Both the position numbers and the translations under genes were made by a program. DNA of 37,444 bases, taken from positions 1-37,444 of the forward strand of contig JYFJ02003801.1 in NCBI GenBank assembly GCA_000934665.2, given 5' to 3'. Of this stretch, positions 23,650 to 34,894 are shown piece after piece. Each line of letters starts with the position of its first letter. Positions within the stretch are counted from its first letter, which is position 1. Origin of the DNA: Catajapyx aquilonaris. Its lineage: Eukaryota. The notes beneath the pieces are model-generated. The model searched no databases. It was not told the origin of the DNA and saw only the letters and a list, made by a program, of their open reading frames with translations.

Positions 23650-26600
23650 ATGTGGACGCCCATCACTACTGGTCGTGTGCCAAACTGGATGCAAAAATCA
23701 CTTTGCCGGCGCCTTTTACTACGAACCGGAAAGATGGATCCCACGTCCAGAATTCAGAAGAGGGATTTGATGCAGTTTGATCCCAAACAGTTTTCTAAAT
23801 ATTTGGCTGTGGCAGGGAGGGCCAACTCATGGGCCAGCACCAAGCAGAATAAGGTGTATCCTTTGTACGACTGGGAGCAGGAGTTTGGTATTGCTTCTAC
23901 AGCCAGAAATCCCAGATGCATTGAAGAGAAAGCTAACAGGCGCCTAAGTCAGGCTCTAGAAGATGAGTTGCCACCTGCACCACAACACAGTCCATTTTAC
24001 ACCTGTGTTAAGGACTACTTTGATAACACCTCGTTGCACGGGTACCAGTATATTACCCATGAAGAAACCCTACCCATTGAAAGGTACTGTATTCCGACAT
24101 CTAATAATTTCATATTTAACCTGCTATTTTTATTCATAAAAGTGTACCGGGAAAGTTATTAGTGTCGCATGCCATGAAAAGAAATGTACCCGAACAAATG
24201 ACTGTATCATTCTCTGTAATCATTACCGTATGGGCTCTCATTACCTTTTCGTGTTCAGGAAGGCAAAGAGCAAAGGGCTGAAAAGTTGTAATGATAATTT
24301 AAACAGCAGAGCACAAAATTGCTACTATACTGACAAATTGTTGGTTAAAATATTATTATCAGAAACAGGTTTTTAGGGAAGTAAGTTGTCTGGAAAATTT
24401 GAGATGCCTTTTTTATGATAGAACAACAAACTCTGTTGCCGGAGATCGCAATAATATTACATCGGTCTGGGACACAACATCTCTGTTAATATTCCATCCT
24501 TCTACAGAAAGTGTTTCGTAACTAGAAATGGCATAATGGCGGGGGCATCAGGGAGTCATTTTTATGTAGATTGTGTCATTTGATCATTCCTGACTCCATG
24601 TCGAGATAATATTGTATATTCATCTAGTAGGCCTATCACACATTGTGGAAGGTAAAGAACACACTGAGTCTGGCTGCATGTTAAACTATATTTCTGATGC
24701 AATTCCCCAGCCTATACGAACAGGTATCACAGGGGAGAATAGTCTATATGTGGTCACCTCCTTATTTAAAGGAGATGTTGAGCCAATGGTGTAATAATTA
24801 ATTCACTTCAGATATGCCCAATTTGAAATTAATGCTAAAAAGCCTCCTAGAACGGGTTAGTCCTATCATTGTTTAGTAGTGTTCAATCTGTTATTATTTT
24901 ACGTATATGGATGCATGGATACTGGATGAAATAGAAGACGGCAACAAGATTGCCTCTCTTGCGTACAATCATGTAGTGTACCTTGTAGTATTGTGAGTAT
25001 TGTTTGAACCAGAGAATGGTACTGACATTACAATGGGCAAGAATGATTGCTTTCAGTGATGTCAACCCTGTATCTAATGATTAAGGCTTGGGACTTCAGT
25101 GCTATTTTCTTGCTGAAACACTAATACATTTTGATTATTTGCATGTTTTCTTCCACCATTCCAGCAAATGCAATACTCATTACTTGTGTAAGGCGGATAT
25201 GATTGTAAAACTATAATTATACTTCCTAGTTCATACGTAGCCTGTTCCATGATAGCTTACCATGTGACAAGTATGCTCGAGACCATTTTAGGGGCTTTTT
25301 ACATGCATCAATCTAAACTTTGGCTGCTCCTAGGGTGGCCCGGGGGGGGGGGGNNNNNNNNNGGGGGGTCGGAAGTGAATAATATCATAATTTAACATAT
25401 TCCCACTAATGAGGCTGTGTAGACAAAATGACGCCTCTATAAGACATTGTGTCATGGTGCTCAGTATCTCATCCTAGCGGTCTGTCAATCTAGTTACAAA
25501 ATACCATGTGGCTGTCGCCTGATTTCAGTAGTCTGCCCATGAACGCGAAATAATAGCTGGAAAATTGGATAATTCCTTACCCAATAATGCACGAAGTTGG
25601 GTTACTAAATTTCTTGAATATGATCTTCCATGTTTGACAAAGACATAGCAATAATGTATGTAGTTTTATTGCCTCACATGGCATTTAAAAGATTACCCTG
25701 TTCGTTATTAACTCCACCAAAATATATAATAAACCTGTGACATTGTTTTTTTAGAATCATTTGGATTGGTTGCTGCGCATTAGCAATAGCTTTCGCAATT
25801 GTGCTGTTGCTTCCGACATTTGAACACTACTCAAAAAATGAGATCACGACTTCCATAGAATCGACCAGTGCGCCAATTTGGGAAGTTCCCTTCCCTGCAG
25901 TTACCATCTGCAACATCAACAGAGTGTCCAATGCTAAATTTCAAGACTTGCATGACAACGAGACAAAAACAGCCAACATGTGAGTCCTTCTTACCCAATG
26001 AAAGTATGAGCATGTTTTCAATCCGATTTGCAAATGTAGCTCGTAACATTCCAACTTTTCAGATTTGCATATCATGGCTCAATTAAGAAAGACATTGTAG
26101 ATTATGTGGCCAGCATCGGCCAAACTCGTGTTCATTACACAAGCAATCTCAGCAAAGCCTCAATAGATATCCTAAATCAAAAGAAAGATGAAATGCCTAA
26201 GATTATGAAGGATGTACGTATATTATGTCGCCACTGTTTCTTTTGACACAGCATTCCGAGGCTAAATATCAGTGCTAATGAAGTTTAATATGTTCAGGTA
26301 GCACCATCATTGACAAAGATGGCCCTCAAGTGTTGGTGGATGGGCAGAGACGTGAATTGCAGCGAGGAAATAAGACGGAGCCACACAGAAGACGGATTCT
26401 GCTGGACATTCAACTCGTTTGACATATATGATTCATCAGGGTAATCTTTCCATCTTTATGCAGTACATAATTATAGGCCTGAATCGGCTGTATTATCCTA
26501 CAGTACTTATAAATTTTCAAATGGCGTTAATTATATTAAGCCTATACTGACTACTGAGCATATTACAACTTTACAACACTAGTACGCAGTATAAGAAAAA

Positions 26601-29600
26601 TTCAGACTTGAAAAAAAACTGGAAACAGTGGTCCAGGCCTTTGACAGTGCAGCTTAGGGGCGTGTGCAGGATCAACAAAAACTAATAATCTTCTATAAAC
26701 CATAGGGAAACGGACAAACTGGACGAAGATGATGCCCCTGGAGAAGGGGCTCAGTCCTTGCATAAGGCCCCCGGGGGCCGCGTTTTCCTACACCGTGAAG
26801 AAGGGCAACCAGCGGCAGCGGCTCAAAGGAAGACCACTACAGGTACCGTTCCAATGCACGCGCAAGAGGATAGAAAATCTTTGGACGACCTCAAGAAAGT
26901 TAACGGAGCTGGCCCTATCATGGGTTTCTCAGCGCTTCTCGATCCTCAAATCGACGATTACTCAGCCTATATGCACGCATTTTATGGATTCAAGGTGAGA
27001 CTGAGATTATAACTGATAATAAATGCAGAGCCATCAGTTGTAAATCATAACGTCAACTCTCGAACTTCGTAAACTTGGAACGTGACTGCCAACAATGCAT
27101 GAGGTGTAGGAGCTTTCCAAGTGGGCTTATAGGTGTCACCACATTCGAAGCCATCTACTGGCGCTGGTTTCAGTCAAAAAGTCAAAAAAAAAAATAGTGG
27201 CGCGATAATCGAAAAACTGATTTGTCACAAAGTCACCCCTTACGCTTACGGTAATTATTTTATACTCCCACTCTTGCTTTAGTCGTCTGCTTTCTCAATG
27301 TGCTTAGTAGACTACTTTTTTCTCTCTTAACAACTTTGCTATCCTGTGAAGCAATATGAATGACACAGCTGGGAGTGTCTTGAGGTCATAATGGGGTCCT
27401 AGCCTTGGTCTGGGATTTGGGAAATACATACACAAATAGCTCAACCATACATGTAAACAAGCATTATACAGTGTACCACTTTTCAGCACCAAAATGTCAT
27501 TCCTCGATAAATTATCTCGGGTTTAAAAGGCTCTCAAATTGGTGGGAAAAGGGGGGCGTGGCCTATCAGGCGCATTCGGACACCTGCCATCCCCTTCTTG
27601 GGGGCATAAGCGAGGCAGGTCCGCCCCGGGGTGACCCGTATCAGGCAGGCAGGCACCGGCACCGAGTCCCAAGAAGGAACAAAGCAGCTCGGATGACAGG
27701 TGGAGAGCCAGGAATAAGCGTCCCTGCCTCATTTAATATCTCTGTCGCGGCTGACGTCACCCGCAGCAACAATGGGCAACAATGGATAATAAAATCGATT
27801 ATAGGCCTATCTCTAAAATGAATGCGTACCGTATTTCTTCCAACAAAAAACGTCAAAATTCATTTAAAAGTATGTACGATTTTTTTACGTGGGTTTTCAA
27901 AATGTAGGCTAGGACCCCATTACTATGGTATGATAATAAAAATCTTCTGGATTATAATAATAAACCTCCTGTGAAAGTGCTACACAGCTTTGAAAGCTAT
28001 GACTGTAATCCCTTATTTTGCTGCATCAGGTCGACATAGGCTAATTTGAGAAAGATGCGATACCAACCACGAAATGACATAATCAATAGCCAGTTGTTTC
28101 TGAGCGTACCTGTACAAGAATTAGTGTTTACCATACAGAAATATATTATAGCCTTTTATTACGCGTTACATCGCACACAACTAGGCAATAATAATATTAA
28201 ACAAAAGGAAAATGGATCATTCCATGTCAACTCACCGAGCTTTTAGGGAGAATAAATTGACCCTTGGGTTATAGATCATGACAAAAAACGGCGCATCCAA
28301 GGGCGCATCGCTTTAATTACGTCCCCCAAGAATACCATTTGCGCGGTTTTACGATTTACCCCCAGTTTTTGGAGATAAGCCCACCGAAAAAACCCGGCCT
28401 TTCTGGAAGATAGGGTTTCAAAAATCGGTCATATCTCAGGAACCAACTGGGCTACAGACGTCGCCGACCGCTCGATTTGAATGGATTCGAGAGACATTAC
28501 CTAAAACATTAAATATAGGGATTTGAACTTTTTGGAAAATTTGGTTCCAGTTTGAAAATACATTGTAATTTTCTTTTTGAAAATTTACCTTTAGTCACTA
28601 GTTCTTGACCCTAGCGACGCAGAAAACCCTAAAATCACGCGAATACCTTGTAATAATGCTTGTAAATGACGTAACCTTCAACGCCATCTTGTTTTTGGGT
28701 CACAAAAACCCAAAGGCCAGAGTTATAACCTCGATTTTACAAATCAGCGGTGTCGAATTAGTCTAAAAAGGCTTGCTGGAATTTGTTTCCAATTTTGCTT
28801 CCAGCATGAACGACATGAGATTTGGCCCCCTGGTCTAATTTGGGTGAGCATGCTCTTTCTTCAAAATATGCAATTTTCTTCCTTAAATGGAAAATATATT
28901 ACTACATACATACTTTTGCAATATCAAGGAAAAGGTCTGAGCTATGACATTGTAAAAAAATCGGATTTTTAAATTGGGAGGTTAAATTTTCAAAAGTCCA
29001 AATCCCTTGTTTTAGGCAGATTGGGCTCTCGAATCGAGTGGTCAAATCGAGTCGTCGGCGACGTCTGTAGCCCGATTGGTTCACGTGATATACCCGACTT
29101 TTGAAACCCCATCTTCCGAAAAGGCCGTTTTATTCGGTGGGCTTATCTCCAAAAACCGAGAGTAAATCGCAAAACCGCGCAAATGGCATTCTTGGGGGAC
29201 GTAATTAAAGCGATGCGCCGTTTTTCGTCATGATCTGAAAACCCAAGGGTCAATTTGTTCTCCTTAAAAGCTCGGTGAGTTGACATGGAATGATCCAAAT
29301 AATATTACTCTGTCGGTTTTGAGGTCACTTCACTTGGAAATCTAGTAAATGAATAGAGTCTAGAGCCATTATTAATTGGTTTCACTCTCTTTTCTTTCTT
29401 CGACAATATCTTGTGCAGATTTCAGAAAAAGAGTAAGGAAGTGTTGATAGGAGGAGGAGGAGTAAGGGATCATTATTTTATGTGACTTGATTTGTCCGAC
29501 GCGACGTTCAGTACGGGACAATTTGTTGCTGGTGGCAGTTTAATTACAATTGCCACGAGCATTTATTAGAAATGATTTAATTGATAACATCGGAGGACAT

Positions 29601-32600
29601 AAGTAGTTGGCGAATGGGATGTCGCGCGAGACAGGGTGTGACACCTGGAGATAAAGCGTATTAAACGGAATGGGGCAATAGTGAGGGAAAAAAATATTAC
29701 AGCTCGTGAACAATGTTGACGTTGAGTACAAGTGATGCATTTTTGAACTGAATTATCGTCAATGTTATTGTTCAGGTCAGAGCCTACTGTTTAGTTAGGG
29801 AATGACCAAGACATCATTTGGTCGTGAGAGGCATTCGGACTGGTTTCAGACTGCTGGTAATAGCTAGAGATCTTTGCCATCTTGTGTTTGAGTGAAATGT
29901 ACATTAAATGACAGAATGATTACTATTGTGTTGTCAAAAATGCCACTTATTATTAAGGGCTCTTGGTGTTATCAAAGAAAAATTAGTGCGTAGGCTACTG
30001 TACAGTATAATTGTAGGGACGATAGTCCCTATAAGTAAGATCGTCAGGTAGTTTTCCAACAATTATTTTTTTTGCCATGTTGGGACGATTTTGTGCCGAG
30101 CTCTACAGGCCTTATCCTTGCACACAGAGACTTCAAGTTTTGAACATACCTCCGTACTGCACCAACTTATCCCCCTAACCTCTACGCAAATTAGCCTATT
30201 TCATCTCATAGCCAATTAAAAAATTAAATAAAAAATTAAATAAAAAATCAATTAAATTAAATTAATTTTATTTTCTAATTGCCACGCAACTCATATCAAC
30301 AAATGCCTCGCGCAACTGATTGTTATAGAGACCGAAGCATAAAAATTAACCTCAACAGACATTACGAATTGAGTTAGCGAATTGGAACGTGTGACTTCTT
30401 CCTATTATGTGACATCTCATATTCATGTCCGGTAAGTCGAGCCGAAAAACTCGGTACAATAACAAGAATCAGGAGGTTATTCATAAGAAGCAGGCCGTCT
30501 ACCAGCATCTTCTGGCCGAGGTGCGAGTGGGCCTAGTCTCCGAGTCAACCCTCCATCTCTTGGCAAGCACCACGCTGGCATCCAAAGACAACAACGAAGC
30601 ATGTGTCAGCATCTACAGCGGGTGAAAGGCAGAAGGATTGAATCCCGTGTGCCTCCTCCCAACCAACGACATGTGCCACGAGTTCAACCACCGTATGCTT
30701 CGTGCGTCGTGCCTGGATACTGTCCTTCTGGAGGCAGAGGACAAGCTCACAGCAGGCAACAAGGCTGGTTGGAAGAGGGGACGAAGCAAGCACCTAGAGA
30801 GTCTGCGAGAGGACGCCTCGCGTACAGCCGGCCTCGAGACTGTCCTCATCGATCATGGGAGTTGGATGCCGCGTCATGCTGCGACGCAACATCGACGTGC
30901 AGGAAGGACTGGTGAACGGCGCAATGGGCACCGTGTCTGGCTGGAGGATGGAGAATAACCGCCGCATCTCGTCAGTCAAGATCAACTTTAACAACATCCC
31001 AAACGACGAAAAGTCGATCTGCAGGTGTGTTGTCAAGTTCGAGCTCGGCTCCAACATATATACGGAAACAGTTTCCACTGATACTAGCATACGCCATCAC
31101 CATCCACAAAATCTCAGGGGCTCACTCTGGATTCCGCTTTGGTAGACCTCAGCAAGACCGTGTTCGCAAGAGGAATGGCGTACGTCGCGCTCTCGAGAGT
31201 CCAGGCGCTGGACAGACTATACATCCTTCGTCTAGATGAACGCTGCATCAAGTCCGACGTGAGCTGCGTGAGGGAATACAATAGACTCCATTGCTCTCCT
31301 CCATTGCTCTTACCAAGAGCTGCTCTTACCCAGGAAAACAACGAAGCGGCCACATACAGTCTCCTCCGCATCAGAAATATCACTTAGGGGGTTCGACAAT
31401 CCAAGTCCAAATGTTTCTTGCTATGCCAACGCTGCCTTGGTATGTCTCTTCGCGCAGCCAGACCTCAGGACAAGAATCTCGGCCTCGAAGGGAAGCAGCA
31501 GCGTTTTAAGGGCCCTAAAAACAAGCAGATGACCACTACTTCGGATCCGAGGAGAATGATTAGGGACGCAGTCTGCATATTTCTCCTACCTCTCTGAAGG
31601 CTGATACAACCCATCCTTCTTAGTTTCAAAATAAAATATGTGATACGTAAGCAAATTATTTATTCCCATTTTCAAAACCATTATAAATTTTTTTAAATCA
31701 TACACAACGAATGCAATTTGTATCTCTTCTAAACATGAATACATTAATGAGTATAACTACTTGTTCATATTGCTTTGTCAAAAAATAACTGCAATTATCA
31801 CAAAACCAATTCCTATGAAATTGTAAAAAAAAGGAAAGTAAGATCTAAGTGACGGATAGAAATTACTGAAACAAGACTGGGCTGCGTAAGATCTTCACCA
31901 TATGGGTAAATGTAACCCAGAGATCTTACTTCCGCATTTAACGTTTTACAAGACGTCAGGTTAGAAATTGTCTAAAAGATCCAGAGTCTAATAAACCATT
32001 ATGTTAACCAATTAACATCCTAGCTCCCCAACTAATCGATTAACCATTAAATCAATCAACCAACCAGCACCTCATTTAATCAATGTAACAACAAAGAAAA
32101 AATCAACCCTCCGAACAACCAATCTCCAACCAACCAGACAAGTAATCACTTACTGTTAGCAAATCATAAGTATTTAACCAATCATCATTCAAAAAACCAG
32201 CCTATAAACTCTTGGGAATACTATTCTCAGCCCTACAATCACTAATACTAACACCCAGCAGTCCAGCACAAAGATGACTTGATCAACACCATCTTGTAAA
32301 ACGTTAAATGCGGAAGTAAGATCTCTGGGTTACATTTACCCATATGGTGAAGATCTTACGCAGCCCAGTCTTGTTTCAGTAATTTCTATCCGTCACTTAG
32401 ATCTTACTTTCCTTTTTTTTTACAATTCCATAGGAATTGGTTTTGTGATAATACTTTAATAAATTCTTCAGGCCTACATGTTTTTTGCAGCATGGATAGC
32501 TCACAGCCCCCTTTTAGAGAGATATTTCGTCGTCATTTTCACAAATCATAATCTGCCATTTGAGAAACTTGCTCAGCTTCAGATGGCACATATATATCCC

Positions 32601-33977
32601 TTTCCCCTCTCTCCATTGAATACAAATAGACTTACTATTCATGCAATCAAGTAGCGTCTTGTGAATTAATGATGGCCGAGAAAGTGTTCCGTCACTGTCC
32701 AAAACAGTCTCCTGGAACGGTGCAGAGCTTTTCAAGTTCCATTTTAATATATCTGTCATCAACTTTCAACATAATGATTTAAATAGCGAACGTGACCATT
32801 ATGAGAACCATACCATCTTCCTGTTGACTTAGAGTCTTAGACTAATGCACTGTAGATATTATTATGTGCTTTTGCTGTGCCGGGAACTTATGTGTACTCT
32901 GTGTCAAAATATCACTATATGGATAAACAGGTGATGGTGCATCATCCCAGCGACTTTCCAACCACAATCACCAAGTCATTCGTGCTGTCGGCCGGTACAG
33001 CAGCTCATGTGGCGGTCAGGCCAAAAGAAACCTACAGCAGTGATAACATTAAGAGTCTCGACCCATCCGACAGAGACTGTTACTTTGAATTTGAAGGAAA
33101 ACTCAAAAAATTTGACAACTATAGTACCACTAACTGTCTCCTGGAATGTCGCATGTCACACATAAATACGACATGCCAGTGTCTTCCCTACATTTACTCT
33201 GGAATTATAAGTAAGTAATCTGCTTAATTACAAATAAATTGCTTGTGGTCATATGATTACACTCCATGCTATTTTTTAAACATTTATTGCCAGAGAACAT
33301 CACACTTTGCAACTACACCGGAATGGAATGTGTCGAAAAACTTAAACGTAAGTCTTTTACGTACAGTGCAGTACATAGAGCTATATGTAGTAACTTCCTT
33401 GTATACTTCCAGGCAAACTGTTTGCAATGGAACCATCTTCACCTATAAAAGGACTAAATTCGAGTGTAAAGGGTATGAAATGTAAGAATTGCCGGGCTAA
33501 TTGCAACGAGGTGAAGTATGACTACTCCGTCAGCGTTGCGGATTTCCCATCTAAACATTCAAACATATCCCTGCCAGACGAAGCACGAGATGTAAATTCG
33601 TAAGTAAAAGTTACTTCTGTCCAACAACAGGTATTAAAACATTTGTTCACATACAGATCAACACTTGTGATGCTGAGGGTGTATTTTCAAGACATGCAGT
33701 ATGTCCGGTATCATAGAGATGTCTTATTCACGGACACGGATATGATATGTAAGAGAATTCATAACAAACTGTGACCTTTTTTTAAACAACTGATTGATTT
33801 TTTCCAGCCAATTTTGGAAGCTTCATGGGACTATTCACTGGATTCAGTATTATTAGTGCAGTGGAACTAGTGTATTTCTTCACCCTAAGGCCTTTCCTTC
33901 GAAGGAAAACCCTGTGCAAAGAGAAATTCAACTCTGAGCAGAACAGTTACCTCGCTAACGCTCAGCCCACCGTGTGA
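23650..33977 (+). CDS. DEG/ENaC (pickpocket/Nach-like) sodium channel subunit, gene 4 (~646-674 aa, depending on start)
   Basis: Exons 23650-24083, 25755-25979, 26063-26213, 26298-26440, 26706-26994, 32931-33210, 33294-33347, 33413-33599, 33657-33748 and 33808-33977 sum to 2025 nt, open, ending in TGA. An alternative in-frame ATG lies at 23734. Motifs: DYFDNTSLHGYQYI, PFPAVTICN, KCWWMG, GFCWTFN, YSTTNCLLECR, CKNCRANC, and TM2 SNFGSFMGLFTGFSIISAVELVYFF. An assembly gap lies in intron 1. Confidence 0.92.
25354..25362. other. Assembly gap (N run) flanked by poly-G
   Basis: Nine N characters between G runs, in intron 1 of gene 4. Confidence 0.99.
28214..29296. mobile_element. Non-autonomous element with ~300-bp TIRs and a 4-bp AAAT TSD (Sola1-like)
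   Basis: AAAT|GGATCATTCCATGTCAACTCACCGAGC pairs with GCTCGGTGAGTTGACATGGAATGATCC|AAAT. The arms pair to about 28540/28985. An AWWT TSD fits the Sola1 group (inference). Confidence 0.88.
30460..31530 (+). pseudogene. Degenerate Helitron-type PIF1 (superfamily 1B) helicase C-terminal half followed by a USP/peptidase C19-like Cys box, inside intron 5 of gene 4
   Basis: Consecutive ORF fragments in shifting frames read LLAEVRVG, CLLPTNDMCHEFN, GCRVMLRRNIDVQEGLVNGAMGTV, RKQFPLILAYAITIHK and SQGLTLDSALVDLSKTVFARGMAYVALSRVQALDRLYI, which are PIF1 C-terminal helicase motifs. LRGFDNPSPNVSCYANAALVCLF follows at 31383-31451. At least 4-5 frameshifts; GC content is higher than in the flanks. Confidence 0.88.
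31794..32452. repeat. Near-perfect 160-bp inverted repeat around a 338-bp AAC-rich spacer
   Basis: 31794-31953 versus 32292-32452 differ by one substitution and one homopolymer indel. No flanking TSD is seen. Confidence 0.93.
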
Positions 33978-34159
33978 TTCAATCTGTGTTTGAATATTCT
34001 TTTTAAAAATTACTTTCCCCAGAAGGCAATGATATGCACTACGGCCTATTATACTAATAAGTTTCATAGTTAAGCTTACATCCCAGGAAGAAATATCGCC
34101 TATAATACACAAGTCCTGTTGGCTCCATGAGGAAGAGGAAAGGGAGATACAGTATACAT

Positions 34160-34894
34160 GGGTGATTCTCCAAAAACTTACCAATACCATGTCCCGGCAT
34201 AATAACTCAAAAATGGCTTGACTGAGAGAGTTGATTTTTTAAACATTTGTAGAAGCAGTTGACACCTAGCCATCCCCATGAAAGCAAAGAAAAATATTAA
34301 ATCAAGTTTTACTGCAAAAAATGTCAAAGGGCCTAAAATCACTATTCTTGGCATGTCCCGACCTGATTTTACAGCATGCTATATTTTCTTACAATTTTAT
34401 TATTAACATTAGACAAGTTTCAATACTATAATTAAATTGTACATAGTTGCAGGTATAAAAGAACATTTTTAAAACGATTTATTCATTTGACATGACCTTG
34501 CTGCATCACTCCAAAGTGTGTCCCGAGTTTTCCCGGAAATAAAAAGTTCACACTCCTGGCTCATTTTTCTATGTCACAAAATAGCTTAAATATTTTGAAA
34601 TAACTCTGATTCCATGGCATGAAGGGTCTTCTTGAACCCACCGAAATGTCCAGAGTCAACGTTTGTTCTGGACCGTGATATTAATCCTATTGCATGCATA
34701 GGTCATTCTTCTGGCTCCCGAACTCCTGGAAATATTCACTCTCCTGGCATTAGAATATCAGAGTTAGTTCTCCATATTTTTCCCTGATTTGTGACCTCAT
34801 ATAGAGTAAGTGAGAATTTTTCCAGATTTTTAAAACAAGTTTTGAAATTCATTAATTCTTGCTTTGAAAATGGTAAGTTTCTGGAGAATCACCC
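34160..34894. mobile_element. Non-autonomous TIR element (Sola-like) just 3' of gene 4
   Basis: GGGTGATTCTCCAAAAACTTACCA / TGGTAAGTTTCTGGAGAATCACCC (24 bp, 1 mismatch). The flanks are ACAT / ATAT. Confidence 0.75.

Noticed and set aside
25125..25170. Minus-strand HLLEWWKK resembling the hAT dimerisation motif
   Set aside because: It is followed almost immediately by a stop, with no further transposase motif.
27661..27730. Twister-ribozyme-like string (CCGAG-TCCCAAG...CTCGG-AT...GTGGAG)
   Set aside because: The loop has a long insertion, GAG is not followed by the GG needed for the pseudoknot, and no UAA cleavage-site segment sits in register with P2. It is kept only as an unassigned structured island.
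30545..31383. Minus-strand ORFs overlapping the helicase region
   Set aside because: Antisense shadows of GC-rich former coding sequence.
32514..32762. 82-aa minus-strand ORF in the large gene 4 intron
   Set aside because: No recognisable domain or splice context; it cannot be supported as a gene.
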